Below, one piece after another: positions 45,671 to 56,385 of a stretch of 64,000 bases of DNA. The stretch comes from Ranitomeya imitator. Its lineage: Eukaryota. The notes under the pieces are model-generated. The model was given only the letters and a program-made list of their open reading frames with translations. It was not told where the DNA came from and ran no database searches. Each line of letters starts with the position of its first letter. Within the stretch, counting starts at the first letter, position 1. The DNA lies in the NCBI RefSeq assembly GCF_032444005.1, contig NC_091288.1, positions 218,922,001 to 218,986,000 on the forward strand, given 5' to 3'. Position numbers and translations under genes: made by a program.

Positions 45671-48030
45671 CAGGAAAATAGTCTCAGGCTACAGAAAAAT
45701 AGTAAGAGGCTACAGGAAAATAGTCTCAGGCTACAGGAAAATAGTCCAAGAAGCTACAGGAAAATAGTCCGAGGCTACAGGAAAATAGTCCGAGGCTACA
45801 GGAAAATAGTCAGAGGCTACAGAAAAATAGAGGCTACAGGAAAATAGCCACAGGCTACAGGAAAATAGTTTGAGGCTACAGAAAAATAGTCTGAGGCTAC
45901 AGAAAAATAGAGGCTAGTAGTCAGAAGCTACAGGAAAATAGTCCAAGGCTACAGGAAAATAGTCGAGGCTACAGGAAAATAGTCTGAGGCTACAGGAAAA
46001 TAGTCTGAGGCTACAGAAATATAGTCTGAGGCTACAGAAAAATAGAGGCTACAGGAAAATAGTCAGAAGCTGCAGGAAAATAATCCGAGGCTACAGGGAA
46101 ATAGTCGAGGCTACAGGAAAATAGTCTCAGGCTACTTGAAAATAGATTCAGGTTGCAAGAAAATAGTCCCAGGCTACAGGAAAATAGTCGAGACTACAGG
46201 AAAATAGTCTCAGGGTACAGGGAAATAGTCCAAGGCTACAGGGAAATAGTCAAGACTACAGGAAAATAGTCACAGGCTACAGGAAAATAGTCTGAGGCTA
46301 CAGGAAAATAGTCTCAGGCTACTGGAAAATAGTCTCGGGCTACAGGAAAATAGTCTCGGGCTACAGGAAAATAGTCTCGGGCTACAGGAAAATAGTCTCA
46401 GGCTACAGGAAAATAGTCTCAAGCTACTGGATAATAGACTCAGGTTGCAAGAAAATAGTCCCAGGCTACGGGAAAATAGTCGAGACTACAGGAAAATAGT
46501 CTCAGGCTACAGGGAAATACTCCGAGGCTACAGAAAAATAGTCTCAGGCTACTGGAAAATAGTCCCAGGCTACAGGAAGATAGTCTCGGGCTACAGGAAA
46601 ATAGTCTCAGGCTACAGGAAAATAGTCTCAGGCTACAGGAAAATAGTCTCGGGCTACAGGAAAATTGTCAAGGCTACAGAAAAATAGTACGAAGCTACAG
46701 GAAAATAGTCCGAGGCTACAGGAAAATAGTCTCGGGCAACAGGAAAATAGTCTCGGGCTACAGGAAAATAGTCTCGGGCTACAGGAAAATAGTCTCGGGC
46801 TACAGGAAAATAGTCTCGGGCTACAGGAAAATAGTCTCGGGCTACAGGAAAATAGTCCCAGGCTACAGGAAAATAGTCCCAGGCTACAGGAAGATAGTCT
46901 CGGGCTACAGGAAAATAGTCTCAGGCTACAGGAAAATAGTCTCAGGCTACAGGAAAATAGTCTCGGGCTACAGGAAAATTGTCAAGGCTACAGGAAAATA
47001 GTACGAAGCTACAGGAAAATAGTCCGAGGCTACAGGAAAATAGTCTCGGGCAACAGGAAAATAGTCTCGGGCTACAGGAAAATAGTCTCGGGCTACAGGA
47101 AAATAGTCTCGGGCTACAGGAAAATAGTCTCGGGCTACAGGAAAATAGTCTCGGGCTACAGGAAAATAGTCTCGGGCTACAGGAAAATAGTCTCGGGCTA
47201 CAGGAAAATAGTCCCAGGCTACAGGAAAATAGTCTCGGGCTACAGGAAAATAGTCTCGGGCTACAGGAAAATAGTCTCGGGCTACAGGAAAATAGACCCT
47301 GGCTACAGGAAAATAGTCCCAGGCTACAGGAAAATAGTCCCAGGCTACAGGAAAATAGTCCCAGGCTACAGGAAAATAGTCTCGGGCTACAGGAAAATAG
47401 TCTCGGGCTACAGGAAAATAGTCCCAGGCTACAGGAAAATAGTCCCAGGCTACAGGAAAATAGTCTCAGGCTACAGGAAAATAGTCTCGGGCTACAGGAA
47501 AATAGTCTCGGGCTACAGGAAAATAGTCTCAGGCTACAGGAAAATAGTCTCGGGCTACAGGAAAATTGTCAAGGCTACAGAAAAATAGTACGAAGCTACA
47601 GGAAAATAGTCCGAGGCTACAGGAAAATAGTCTCGGGCAACAGGAAAATAGTCTCGGGCTACAGGAAAATAGTCTCGGGCTACAGGAAAATAGTCTCGGG
47701 CTACAGGAAAATAGTCTCGGGCTACAGGAAAATAGTCCCAGGCTACAGGAAAATAGTCCCAGGCTACAGGAAAATAGTCTCGGGCTACAGGAAAATAGTC
47801 TCGGGCTACAGGAAAATAGTCTCGGGCTACAGGAAAATAGACCCTGGCTACAGGAAAATAGTCCCAGGCTACAGGAAAATAGTCCCAGGCTACAGGAAAA
47901 TAGTCCCGGGCTACAGGAAAATAGAGGCTACAGGAAAATAGTTCCAGGCTACAGGAAAATAGAGGCTACAGGAAAATAGTTTCAGGTTGCAAGAAAATAG
48001 TCCCAGACTACAGGAAAATAGTCCCAGGCT
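45671..48030. repeat. 21-bp satellite, about 2.35 kb
   Basis: Unit ggctacaggaaaatagtctcg. Two further units lie 5' of the CR1 at about 44600-44639. Confidence 0.95.
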
Positions 48031-48635
48031 TGACACGCATTCTTTGTGTCAGTCCACTCATGACCAATAGACACGGCCAGAAGTGTCTTTCCTGGGCCAA
48101 GGAGAAGAAGAACTGGACTGTTGTCAGTGGTCCAAGGTGTTGTTTTTCATTTGGAAATCAAGGTCCCAGAGTCTGGAGGAAGAGTGGAGAGGCCACAATC
48201 CAAGCTGCTGGAGGTCTAGTGTGAAGTCTCCACAATCGGTGATGGTTTGGGGAGCCATGTCATCTGCTGGTGTAGGTCCACTGTGTTTTATCAAGACGAA
48301 AGTCAGCGCAGCCGTCTACCAGGACATTGTAGAGCACTTCATGCTTCCCTCTGCCGACAAGCTTTTTGGAGATGGAAATGTCATTCTCCAGCAGGACTTG
48401 GCCCCTGTCCACACTGCCAAAAGTACCAATACCTGGTGTAAAAACAACAGTATCACTGGGCTTGATTGGCAGCAAACTCGCCTGACCTTAACCCCATAGA
48501 GAATCTATGGAGTATTGTCAAGAGGAAGATGAGAGACTCCAGACCCAACAATGCAGACGAGCTGAAGGCTGCTATCAAAGCAACCTGGGCTTCCATAACC
48601 CCTCAGCAGCGCCACAGGCTGATCGCCTCCATGCG
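48030..48635 (+). mobile_element. Internal fragment of a Tc1 transposase, frameshifted, no TIRs
   Basis: Motifs PQSVMVWGAMS, LQQDLAPVHTAK and NSPDLNPIENLWSIVKRKM. Confidence 0.88.
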
Positions 48636-48839
48636 GCTAGAAATGAAAAGCAGACAATACAGCTCTTTTGCATATAAAGAAAACATGGATTTCTCTGGAA
48701 AAAAGATAATAGATGGCAGTTATGAAGGTATCATTTTCTTCAGCTTCCTATGACCTGCGTGCACATATAGATGGCTAGTCCTACTGACAAATCCCCTTTA
48801 TATGTGGCTGTCAATCTCTGACAGTGGCACTTGCTGTAT

Positions 48840-50990
48840 GTATGCTTTGAGGTTGGTTCTGTTGCTCTATGTTATGAGCTTAGTTCTTGTACTGTATTTA
48901 TGTTTTAAGCTTGGTTCTGGTGCTGTGTTTCTGATTTGAGGTTGGTTCTGTTGCTGTGCTTTAATTATGAGCTTAGTTCTTGTACTGTATTTATGTTTTA
49001 AGCTTGGTTCTGGTGCTTTATTTCTGATTTGAGGCTGGTTCTGTTGCTCTATTTATGTCATGAGCTTAGTTATTGTACTGTATTTATGTTTTAAGCTTGG
49101 TTCTGGTTCTGTGTTTCTGTTTTGAGCTTGGCTCTGTTGTATTTCTGTTTTGATCTTGGTTCCGTTGCTGTAATTCTGTTTGCAGCATGGTTCTGGGGCT
49201 GTGTTTCTGATTTGAGGTTGGTTCTGTTGCTATACTTATGTTATGAGCTTAGTTCTTGTACTGTATTTATGTTTTAAGCTTGGTTCTGGTGCTGTATTTC
49301 TGATTTGAGGTTGGTTCTGTTGCTCTATGTTATGATCTTAGGTCTTGTACTGTATTTATGTTTTAAGCTTGGTTCTGGTGCTGTATTTCTGATTTGAGGT
49401 TGGTTCTGTTGCTATACTTATGCTATGATCTTAGTTCTTGTACTGTATTTATGTTTTAAGCTTGGTTCTGGTGCTGTATTTCTGATTTGAGGTTGGTTTT
49501 GTTGCTGTGCTTTAATTATGAGCTTAGTTCTTGTACTGAATTTATGTTTTAAGCTTGGTTCTGGTGCTTTATTTCTGATTTGAGGCTGGTTCTGTTGCTC
49601 TATTTATGTCATGAGCTTAGTTATTGTACTGTATTTATGTTTTAAGCTTGTTTCTGGTGCTGTGTTTCTGTTTTGAGCTTGGCTCTGTTGTATTTCTCTT
49701 TTGATCTTGGTTCTGGTGCTGTAATTCTGTTTGCAGCATGGTTCTGGGGCTCTGTTTCTGATTTGAGGTTGGTTCTGTTGCTATACTTATGTTATGATCT
49801 TAGTTCTTGTACTGTATTTATGTTTTAAGCTTGGTTCTGATGCTGTACTTCTGATTTGAGGTTGGTTTTGTTGCTGTGCTTTAGTTATGAGCTTAGTTCT
49901 TGTACTGTATTTATGTTTTAAGCTTGGTTCTGGTGCTGTATTTCTGATTTGAGGTTGGTTCTGTTGCTCTATGTTATGATCTTAGGTCTTGTACTGTATT
50001 TATGTTTTAAGCTTGGTTCTGGTGCTGTATTTCTGAATTGAGCTTGGCTCTGTTGTATTTCTGTTTTGATCTTGGTTCCGTTGCTGTATTTCTGTTTTGA
50101 TCTTGGTTCTGGTGCTGTAATTCTGTTTGCAGCATGGTTCTGGGGCTGTGTTTCTGATTTGAGGTTGGTTCTGTTGCTATACTTATGTTATGAGCTTAGT
50201 TCTTGTACTGTATTTATGTTTTAAGCTTGGTTCTGATGCTGTACTTCTGATTTGAGGTTGGTTTTGTTGCTGTGCTTTAGTTATGAGCTTAGTTCTTGTA
50301 CTGTATTTATGTTTTAAGCTTGGTTCTGGTGCTGTATTTCTGATTTGAGGTTGGTTCTGTTGCTCTATGTTATGATCTTAGGTCTTGTACTGTATTTATG
50401 TTTTAAGCTTGGTTCTGGTGCTGTATTTCTGAATTGAGGTTGGTTCTGTTGCTCTATGTTATGATCTTAGGTCTTGTACTGTATTTATGTTTTAAGCTTG
50501 GTTCTGGTGCTGTATTTCTGATTTGAGCTTGGCTCTGTTGTATTTCTGTTTTGATCTTGGTTCCGTTGCTGTATTTACGTTTTGATCTTGGTTCTGGTGC
50601 TGTAATTCTGTTTGCAGCATGGTTCTGGGGCTGTGTTTCTGATTTGAGGTTGGTTCTGTTGCTATACTTATGTTATGAGCTTAGTTCTTGTACTGTATTT
50701 ATGTTTTAAGCTTGGTTCTGGTGCTGTATTTCTGATTTGAGGTTGGTTCTGTTGCTCTATGTTATGATCTTAGGTCTTGTACTGTATTTATGTTTTAAGC
50801 TTGGTTCTGGTGCTGTATTTCTGATTTGAGCTTGGCTCTGTTGTATTTCTGTTTTGATCTTGGTTCCATTGCTGTATTTACGTTTTGATCTTGGTTCTGG
50901 TGCTGTAATTCTGTTTGCAGCATGGTCTGGGGCTGTGTTTCTGATTTGAGATTGGTTCTGTTGTTGTATATACGATATGAGCTTGGTCCT
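48840..50990. repeat. T-rich complex satellite, about 30-bp subunits in higher-order blocks
   Basis: Recurrent gcttggttctggtgctgtatttctgatttgag and cttagttcttgtactgtatttatgtttta units. Confidence 0.92.
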
Positions 50991-51252
50991 CGTGCTATAT
51001 TTTATTCATACAGCTATGGAGACAGAAATATAAAAAGGTTATGGCTCTTGGAACAAGAAGAAGAAAAATTGAAAGCGGAAAAATTGAAAGCGCAAAAATG
51101 AAATACCCTGGATTTTTAAGGGGTTAACGGTGTGAGCACGAAGATCACATGAAGATGAAAGAAAGAGAGGACAAGTACGCGCTGCCTGCAAATAAGAAGC
51201 TCCGGCAGCGGGAGAGTTAATACACGTTCCCGCCACTTTAGTTCCAATAGTC

Positions 51253-51264
51253 ACTTTCAGTTTC
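51253..51264 (+). promoter_or_regulatory. ISRE/IRF-like element upstream of the CARD-only first exon
   Basis: ACTTTCAGTTTC, identical to the motif at 37843, about 90 bp before the ATG at 51356. Confidence 0.5.
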
Positions 51265-51355
51265 TAGGTCTTCTCCTTTCCTGGTTTCTGCAGGAAATAC
51301 TACAACCCGAGCATAGGACGGCGAACGCATTCTACGTGCGGAGGACCCTCCAGAC

Positions 51356-53537
51356 ATGGCCGGTAAGTGCACAAAGTTCCTGCATCCAGCAGTCCGTGTC
51401 TGTTGATGGACTAATACTTGTATCTAGGGAATGCCACATAGTACAGCTCAGTCAGCATATATTTATGCACAACATAGCACAGAAAATTTTTTCTCTATAC
51501 TATGTTGTGCATAAATATGTGATTCTTCAGAATTTCTTTTAGTCTTTGCCTGATGAAGAGACCTGTGTAGTCTCGAAAGCTGCAATTTGTTACCATCTTT
51601 TCAGTTAGCCATTAAAAAGGTATCAACCACTGAGGACTCTCAATTCCAAATATTTTTTTGTACAAAAATACACATCCCTGTATATATAGTGTACGGTACA
51701 TACACTAAAAGCCTAAGAAAAACTAGAACGGGGCTCTAGAACCGGAGAACCATGCTCAACTCAAAGGTGAGCAAAAATGCTGTGACTTTTGGATTTTTCA
51801 CACAAGCCCCCGGTCAGATCAACCAAAGTGAGGAGCGCATGAGCAGGATGGGACGGAGCAAAGACCACCCAACAAATTCTTCAAAAGTTACTCCACTTTG
51901 ATAATAAAACGGAGCGCACCATAGTGTAATACTGTTAAGGTGAAGAGAAAAAAAAACATAAGTGTAAACTAACCCTATGTACAGTTGTGCTCAAAAGTTT
52001 ACACACCCCGGAAGAATTTTTGCTTTCTTGGCCTTTTTGTCAGAGGATATGAATGATAACACCAAAACCTTTCCTCCACTCATGGTCAGTGGTTGGGTGA
52101 AGCAATTTATTGTCAAACTACTGTGTTTTCTCTTTTTATCATAACGACATCCTACAGCTCTGCTCTGCTCCAGTCCCTCATCCTGCGGCTCTGCTCCCCT
52201 CCCGCATACTGCGGCTCTGCTCTCGTCCCACATCCTGCGGCTCTGCTCTGCTCTGCTCCCGTCCCGCATCCTGCGGGTCTGCTCCTCTCCCGCATCCTGC
52301 GGCTCTGCTCTCCTCCAGTCCCGCACCCTGCAGCTCTGCTCTGCTCACGTCCTGCGGCTCTGCTCTCCTCCAGTCCTGCACCCTGCAGCTCTGCTCTGCT
52401 CCCGTCCCGCATCCTGCAGCTCTGCTCTGCTCCCGTCCCGCAACCTGCAGCTCTGCTCTGCTCCCGTCCCGCATCCTGCGGCTCTGCTCTGCTCCCGTCC
52501 CGCATCCTGCAGCTCTGCTCTCCTCCAGTCCTGCACCCTGCAGCTCTGCTCTGCTCATGTCCTGCATCCTGCAGCTCTGCTCTGCTCACGTCCTGCATCC
52601 TGCGGCTCTGCTCTCCTCCAGTCCCGCACCCTGCAGCTCTGCTCTACTCACATCCTGCGGCTCTGCTCTCCTCCAGTCCTGCACCCTGCAGCTCTGCTCT
52701 GCTCCCGTCCCGCATCCTGCAGCTCTGCTCTGCTCCCGTCCCACATCCTGCGGTTCTGCTCTGCTCCTGTCCTACATCCTGCGGCTCTGCTCCATTGATA
52801 ACTCATTAAGTAGCGCGCCTCATCTTATTACTACATGCCCATCAGTAAGACTTAACGAGCCCAACGTGTTTGTTGTCTGTTACCATGGAGACACATTGTT
52901 TGTGGTCTGTTACCGTGGAGACACATCCAAGCATATAAAATCTGCATCAAATCCGCTGGGTGTGCATGTGGCTCATAGCGTGAGGAGGCAGAGGAGCAGT
53001 CAGCCTCAGAATGCACAGGATGTGGTGTCAGACAACCTCACACTCCAGACAATGCAGTGAGGCCGGAGTCATTGATCATAGCGGAGTCCTAAAGGCACAG
53101 ACCTTGGCCTATACCAGAGACAACAAATTGCAGGCAAGAATTCCATAATTCATCAGGAAAGCACAATTATCTTATTATTTCCATGAAAGGTCTTTAGCGG
53201 CAGAGATGACAGAGTTATTACTGTCACACGAGGGAAACAGATTTGACAATATTTTCCAATTGCAGGAATTACAGATAAGGAGCATTTTGTGGACAGACAT
53301 CGCGTCGCACTGATAGGACGGGTGGTTTTGGTGGATCCGATCCTCGATGATCTCCGTCAGTGGAGGCTGCTGACAGGTGAACACTACGACACGGTGCGAA
53401 GCAAGACGACCTCACAGGAGAAGATGCGAGAGCTCTACCGTCACGTGGATTCCTGGGGAAATAAAGACAAGGATTGCTTCCTGCAATCTCTGAAGAAAAA
53501 TAACCCGCCACTCGTCAGGGATCTAGAAAGGGACTAA
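51356..53537 (+). CDS. CARD-only protein with an ASC-type CARD, about 89 aa: exon 51356-51362 (ATGGCCG) plus exon 53275-53537 (alternative acceptor at 53266 adds 3 aa)
   Basis: cagacATGGCCG|GTAAGT has a good Kozak context and a consensus phase-1 donor. It joins ttacAG|AT AAG GAG CAT to give MADKEHFVDRHRVALIGRV...MRELY...LVRDLERD*. This CARD is 53/85 identical to the first CARD by manual alignment. Confidence 0.72.
51543..51612 (+). ncRNA. Candidate minimal hammerhead ribozyme in a Penelope-like repeat remnant
   Basis: CTGATGA (51550-51556), stem II GAGAC/GTCTC (51558-51574) and GAAA (51575-51578). Stems I and III are only weakly paired. Confidence 0.5.
51980..52140. mobile_element. Tc1-like terminal fragment
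   Basis: TA followed by CAGTTGTGCTCAAAAGTTTACACACCCC, a Tc1-type TIR start with no partner. Confidence 0.65.
52150..52795. repeat. CT-rich minisatellite, about 26-31-bp unit
   Basis: Repeated ctctgctctgctcccgtcccgcatcctgcag-like units. Confidence 0.9.
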
Positions 53538-54032
53538 AGCCTGAAGGACACTGGCTGGAGCTCGGCTAGAGAGTCAGCTCCTGGGATCAGCGTCGTGTAG
53601 CTGCGGTTGTGGACGGTGTTGTGTCGTTCAGCGCTTGTCCATGTTCATCATCATTGAGGTTCACGACCTTTTTGAAATGTCTAGATTGTAAATGTATAAT
53701 CCTAGTCTGGGGAGAGTAGTCTTTACACCGTACAGTCATATGATGTGGAAAATCACAGGTGATTTCATCATTACACCAGTGTAAAATGACCACATAAAAG
53801 CCAAAAACTGAGGCAAAAAACATGAACATTAATATAAAATTAACAAAAAGGCTCAATGAAAAATGTTGTTTTGTACAAATCCAGTCAATATATGGATGGA
53901 AGAATCTTTGTTTTGTGCTTCGGACCGATCTCTGAGGACGTCCCGCTCCATTTCCACTGCGTGGTCAGACACAGATTCTCCTGCTTATCACAGGTGATCA
54001 CCGGGGACCAGAAACGCCAATCCTGTCTGTGG

Positions 54033-54038
54033 AATAAA
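54033..54038 (+). terminator. Candidate polyadenylation signal of the CARD-only unit
   Basis: AATAAA about 500 nt after the TAA. Confidence 0.4.
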
Positions 54039-54040
54039 CG

Positions 54041-54455
54041 CAGTCAAATAAATAAGGCAGCACAACTGCGGCGCTAAAACATGAAACATGAAAATTGAAC
54101 TGCATTACTGCTCTGGAAATATGAAAAAATGAGAGCGTTTAGCTAATAAATTGGCCAATTCATGTGTACCTGGTAGCCACATTATGGCATCTCTCGTATA
54201 CCAGGTCCTAGACTTTCCTTTCCTCGCTGAGAATAAACGTCTTCATCTGAATGGGTACCTGTGAAACCTCTTCTCAGCGAGGAAAGGAAAGTGTAGGACC
54301 TGGTATACGAGAGATGCCCTAATGTGGCTACCAGGTACACATGAATTGGCCAATTTATGAGCTAAACGCTCTCATTTTTTCATATTTCTAGCGCAGTAAT
54401 GCAGTACAATTTTCATGTTTTAGCACCGCAGTGTGCTGCCTTATTTATTTGACTG
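54041..54455. repeat. 415-bp fold-back inverted repeat (MITE-like)
   Basis: Arms of about 190 bp (cagtcaaataaataaggcagcac... / ...gtgctgccttatttatttgactg) around a short loop. Confidence 0.88.
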
Positions 54456-54769
54456 TATATGAGTTGGTGACTCTAGGTTCAGCACCTGTTCACACTTAGT
54501 CTATGTTTGGATGTGACGGTCAGTTTTTTAAAATTTATTGTGGAATAAATGCAGTGATCTTGGTGAGAAATTTCACTTAATATATCCTGGTACCTCATAA
54601 TGCTTCCACGTAAAGCAGCTCTGTCATCATCACCTATAGAAAAGCAGCACAGTATGAAGGAAACTCGGCTCCTTATTGCCAGAAAAGACCAAAAAATATT
54701 AATGTTTGGATGATGATTCAATACTAGGATTTCGGAGTATTGATGAGGCAGCGTTACACCCAAATGTTA

Positions 54770-56385
54770 TGAATCCGGAGTATTCGTGAGACAGCGTTCC
54801 ATCTGATTTTTAGGAGTCCGGTGTATTCATGAGGCAGCGTTCCACCCGAATGTTATGAGTCCGCTGGATTCATGAGGCAGAGTTCCACCTAAATTATGAA
54901 TCCGGTGTATTCATGAGGCAGAGTTCCATCTGATTTTTAGGATTCCGGTATATTCATGAGGCAGCGTTCCACCCGAATGTTATGAGTCTGATGTAGTCAT
55001 GAGACAGCGTTCCATCTGATTTTTAGGAGTCCGATGTATTAATGAGGCAGCGTTCCATCTGATTTTTAGGAGTCCGATGTATTAATGAGGCAGCGTTCCA
55101 TCTGATTTTTAGGAGTCCGATGTATTCATGAGACAGCGTTCCATCTAATTTTTAGGAGTCCGATGTATTCATGAGACAGCGTTCCATCTAATTTTTAGGA
55201 GTCCGGTGTATTCATGAGACAGCGTTCCATCTGATTTTTAGGAGTCCGGTGTATTCATGAGACAGCGTTCCATCTAATTTTTAGGAGTCCAGTGTATTCA
55301 TGAGACAGCGTTCCATCTAATTTTTAGGAGTCCGGTGTATTCATGAGACAGCGCTCCATCTAATTTTTAGGAGTCCAGTGTATTCATGAGACAGCGTTCC
55401 ATCTGATTTTTAGGAGTCCGATGTATTCATGAGGCAGCGTTCCATCTGATTTTTAGGAGTCCGGTGTATTTATGAGGCAGTGTTCCAACCAAATGTTATG
55501 AGTCCGGTGTATTCATGAGACAGCGTTCCACCCGAATGTTATGAGTCCAATGTATTCATGAGACAGCATTCCATCTGATTTTTATGAGTCTGGTGTATTC
55601 ATGAGACAGTGTTCCATCTGATGTTTATGAGTCTGGTGTATTCATGAGACAGCGTTCCATCTGATTTTTAGGAGTCCGATGTATTCATGAGGCAGCGTTC
55701 CATCTGATTTTTAGGAGTCCGGTGTATTTATGAGGCAGTGTTCCACCCGAATGTTATGAGTCCGGTGTATTCATGAGACAGCCTTCCACCCGAATGTTAT
55801 GAGTCCATTGTATTCATGAGACAGCATTCCATCTGATTTTTAGGAGTCCGGTGTATTTATGAGGCAGTGTTCCACCCGAATGCTATGAGTCCGGTGTATT
55901 CATGAGACAGCTTTCCACCCGAATGTTATGAGTCCGATGTATTCATGAGGCAGCGTTCCACCCGAATGCTAGGAATCCGGTGTATTCATGAGACAGCGTT
56001 CCATCTGATTTTTAGGAGTCCGGTGTATTTATGAGGCAGTGTTCCACCCGAATGCTATGAGTCCGGTGTATTCATGAGACAGCTTTCCACCCGAATGTTA
56101 TGAGCCCGATGTATTCATGAGGCAGCGTTCCACCCGAATGCTAGGAATCCGGTGTATTCATGAGACAGCATTCCATCTGATTTTTAGGAGTCCGAGTCCG
56201 GTGTATTTATGAGGCAGTGTTCCACCCGAATGCTAGGAGTCTGGTGTATTCATGAGACAGCATTCCACCCGAATGTTATGAGTCCGATGTATTCATGAGA
56301 CAGTGTCCCATCTGATTTTTAGGAGTCCGGTGTATTCATAAGGCAGCGTTCCATCTGATTGTTATAATTCCGGTGTATTCATGGC
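54770..56385. repeat. 42-43-bp minisatellite
   Basis: Unit gtgtattcatgagacagcgttccatctgatttttaggagtccg. Confidence 0.93.

Noticed and set aside
45632-47979. LQENS and GYRKIV repeat ORFs
   Set aside because: These are translations of the 21-bp satellite.
51294-51362. Reading 51294-51362 as an internal ASC linker exon
   Set aside because: In the required phase 1 it has an early TAG. It fits better as a 5' UTR plus ATGGCCG first exon.
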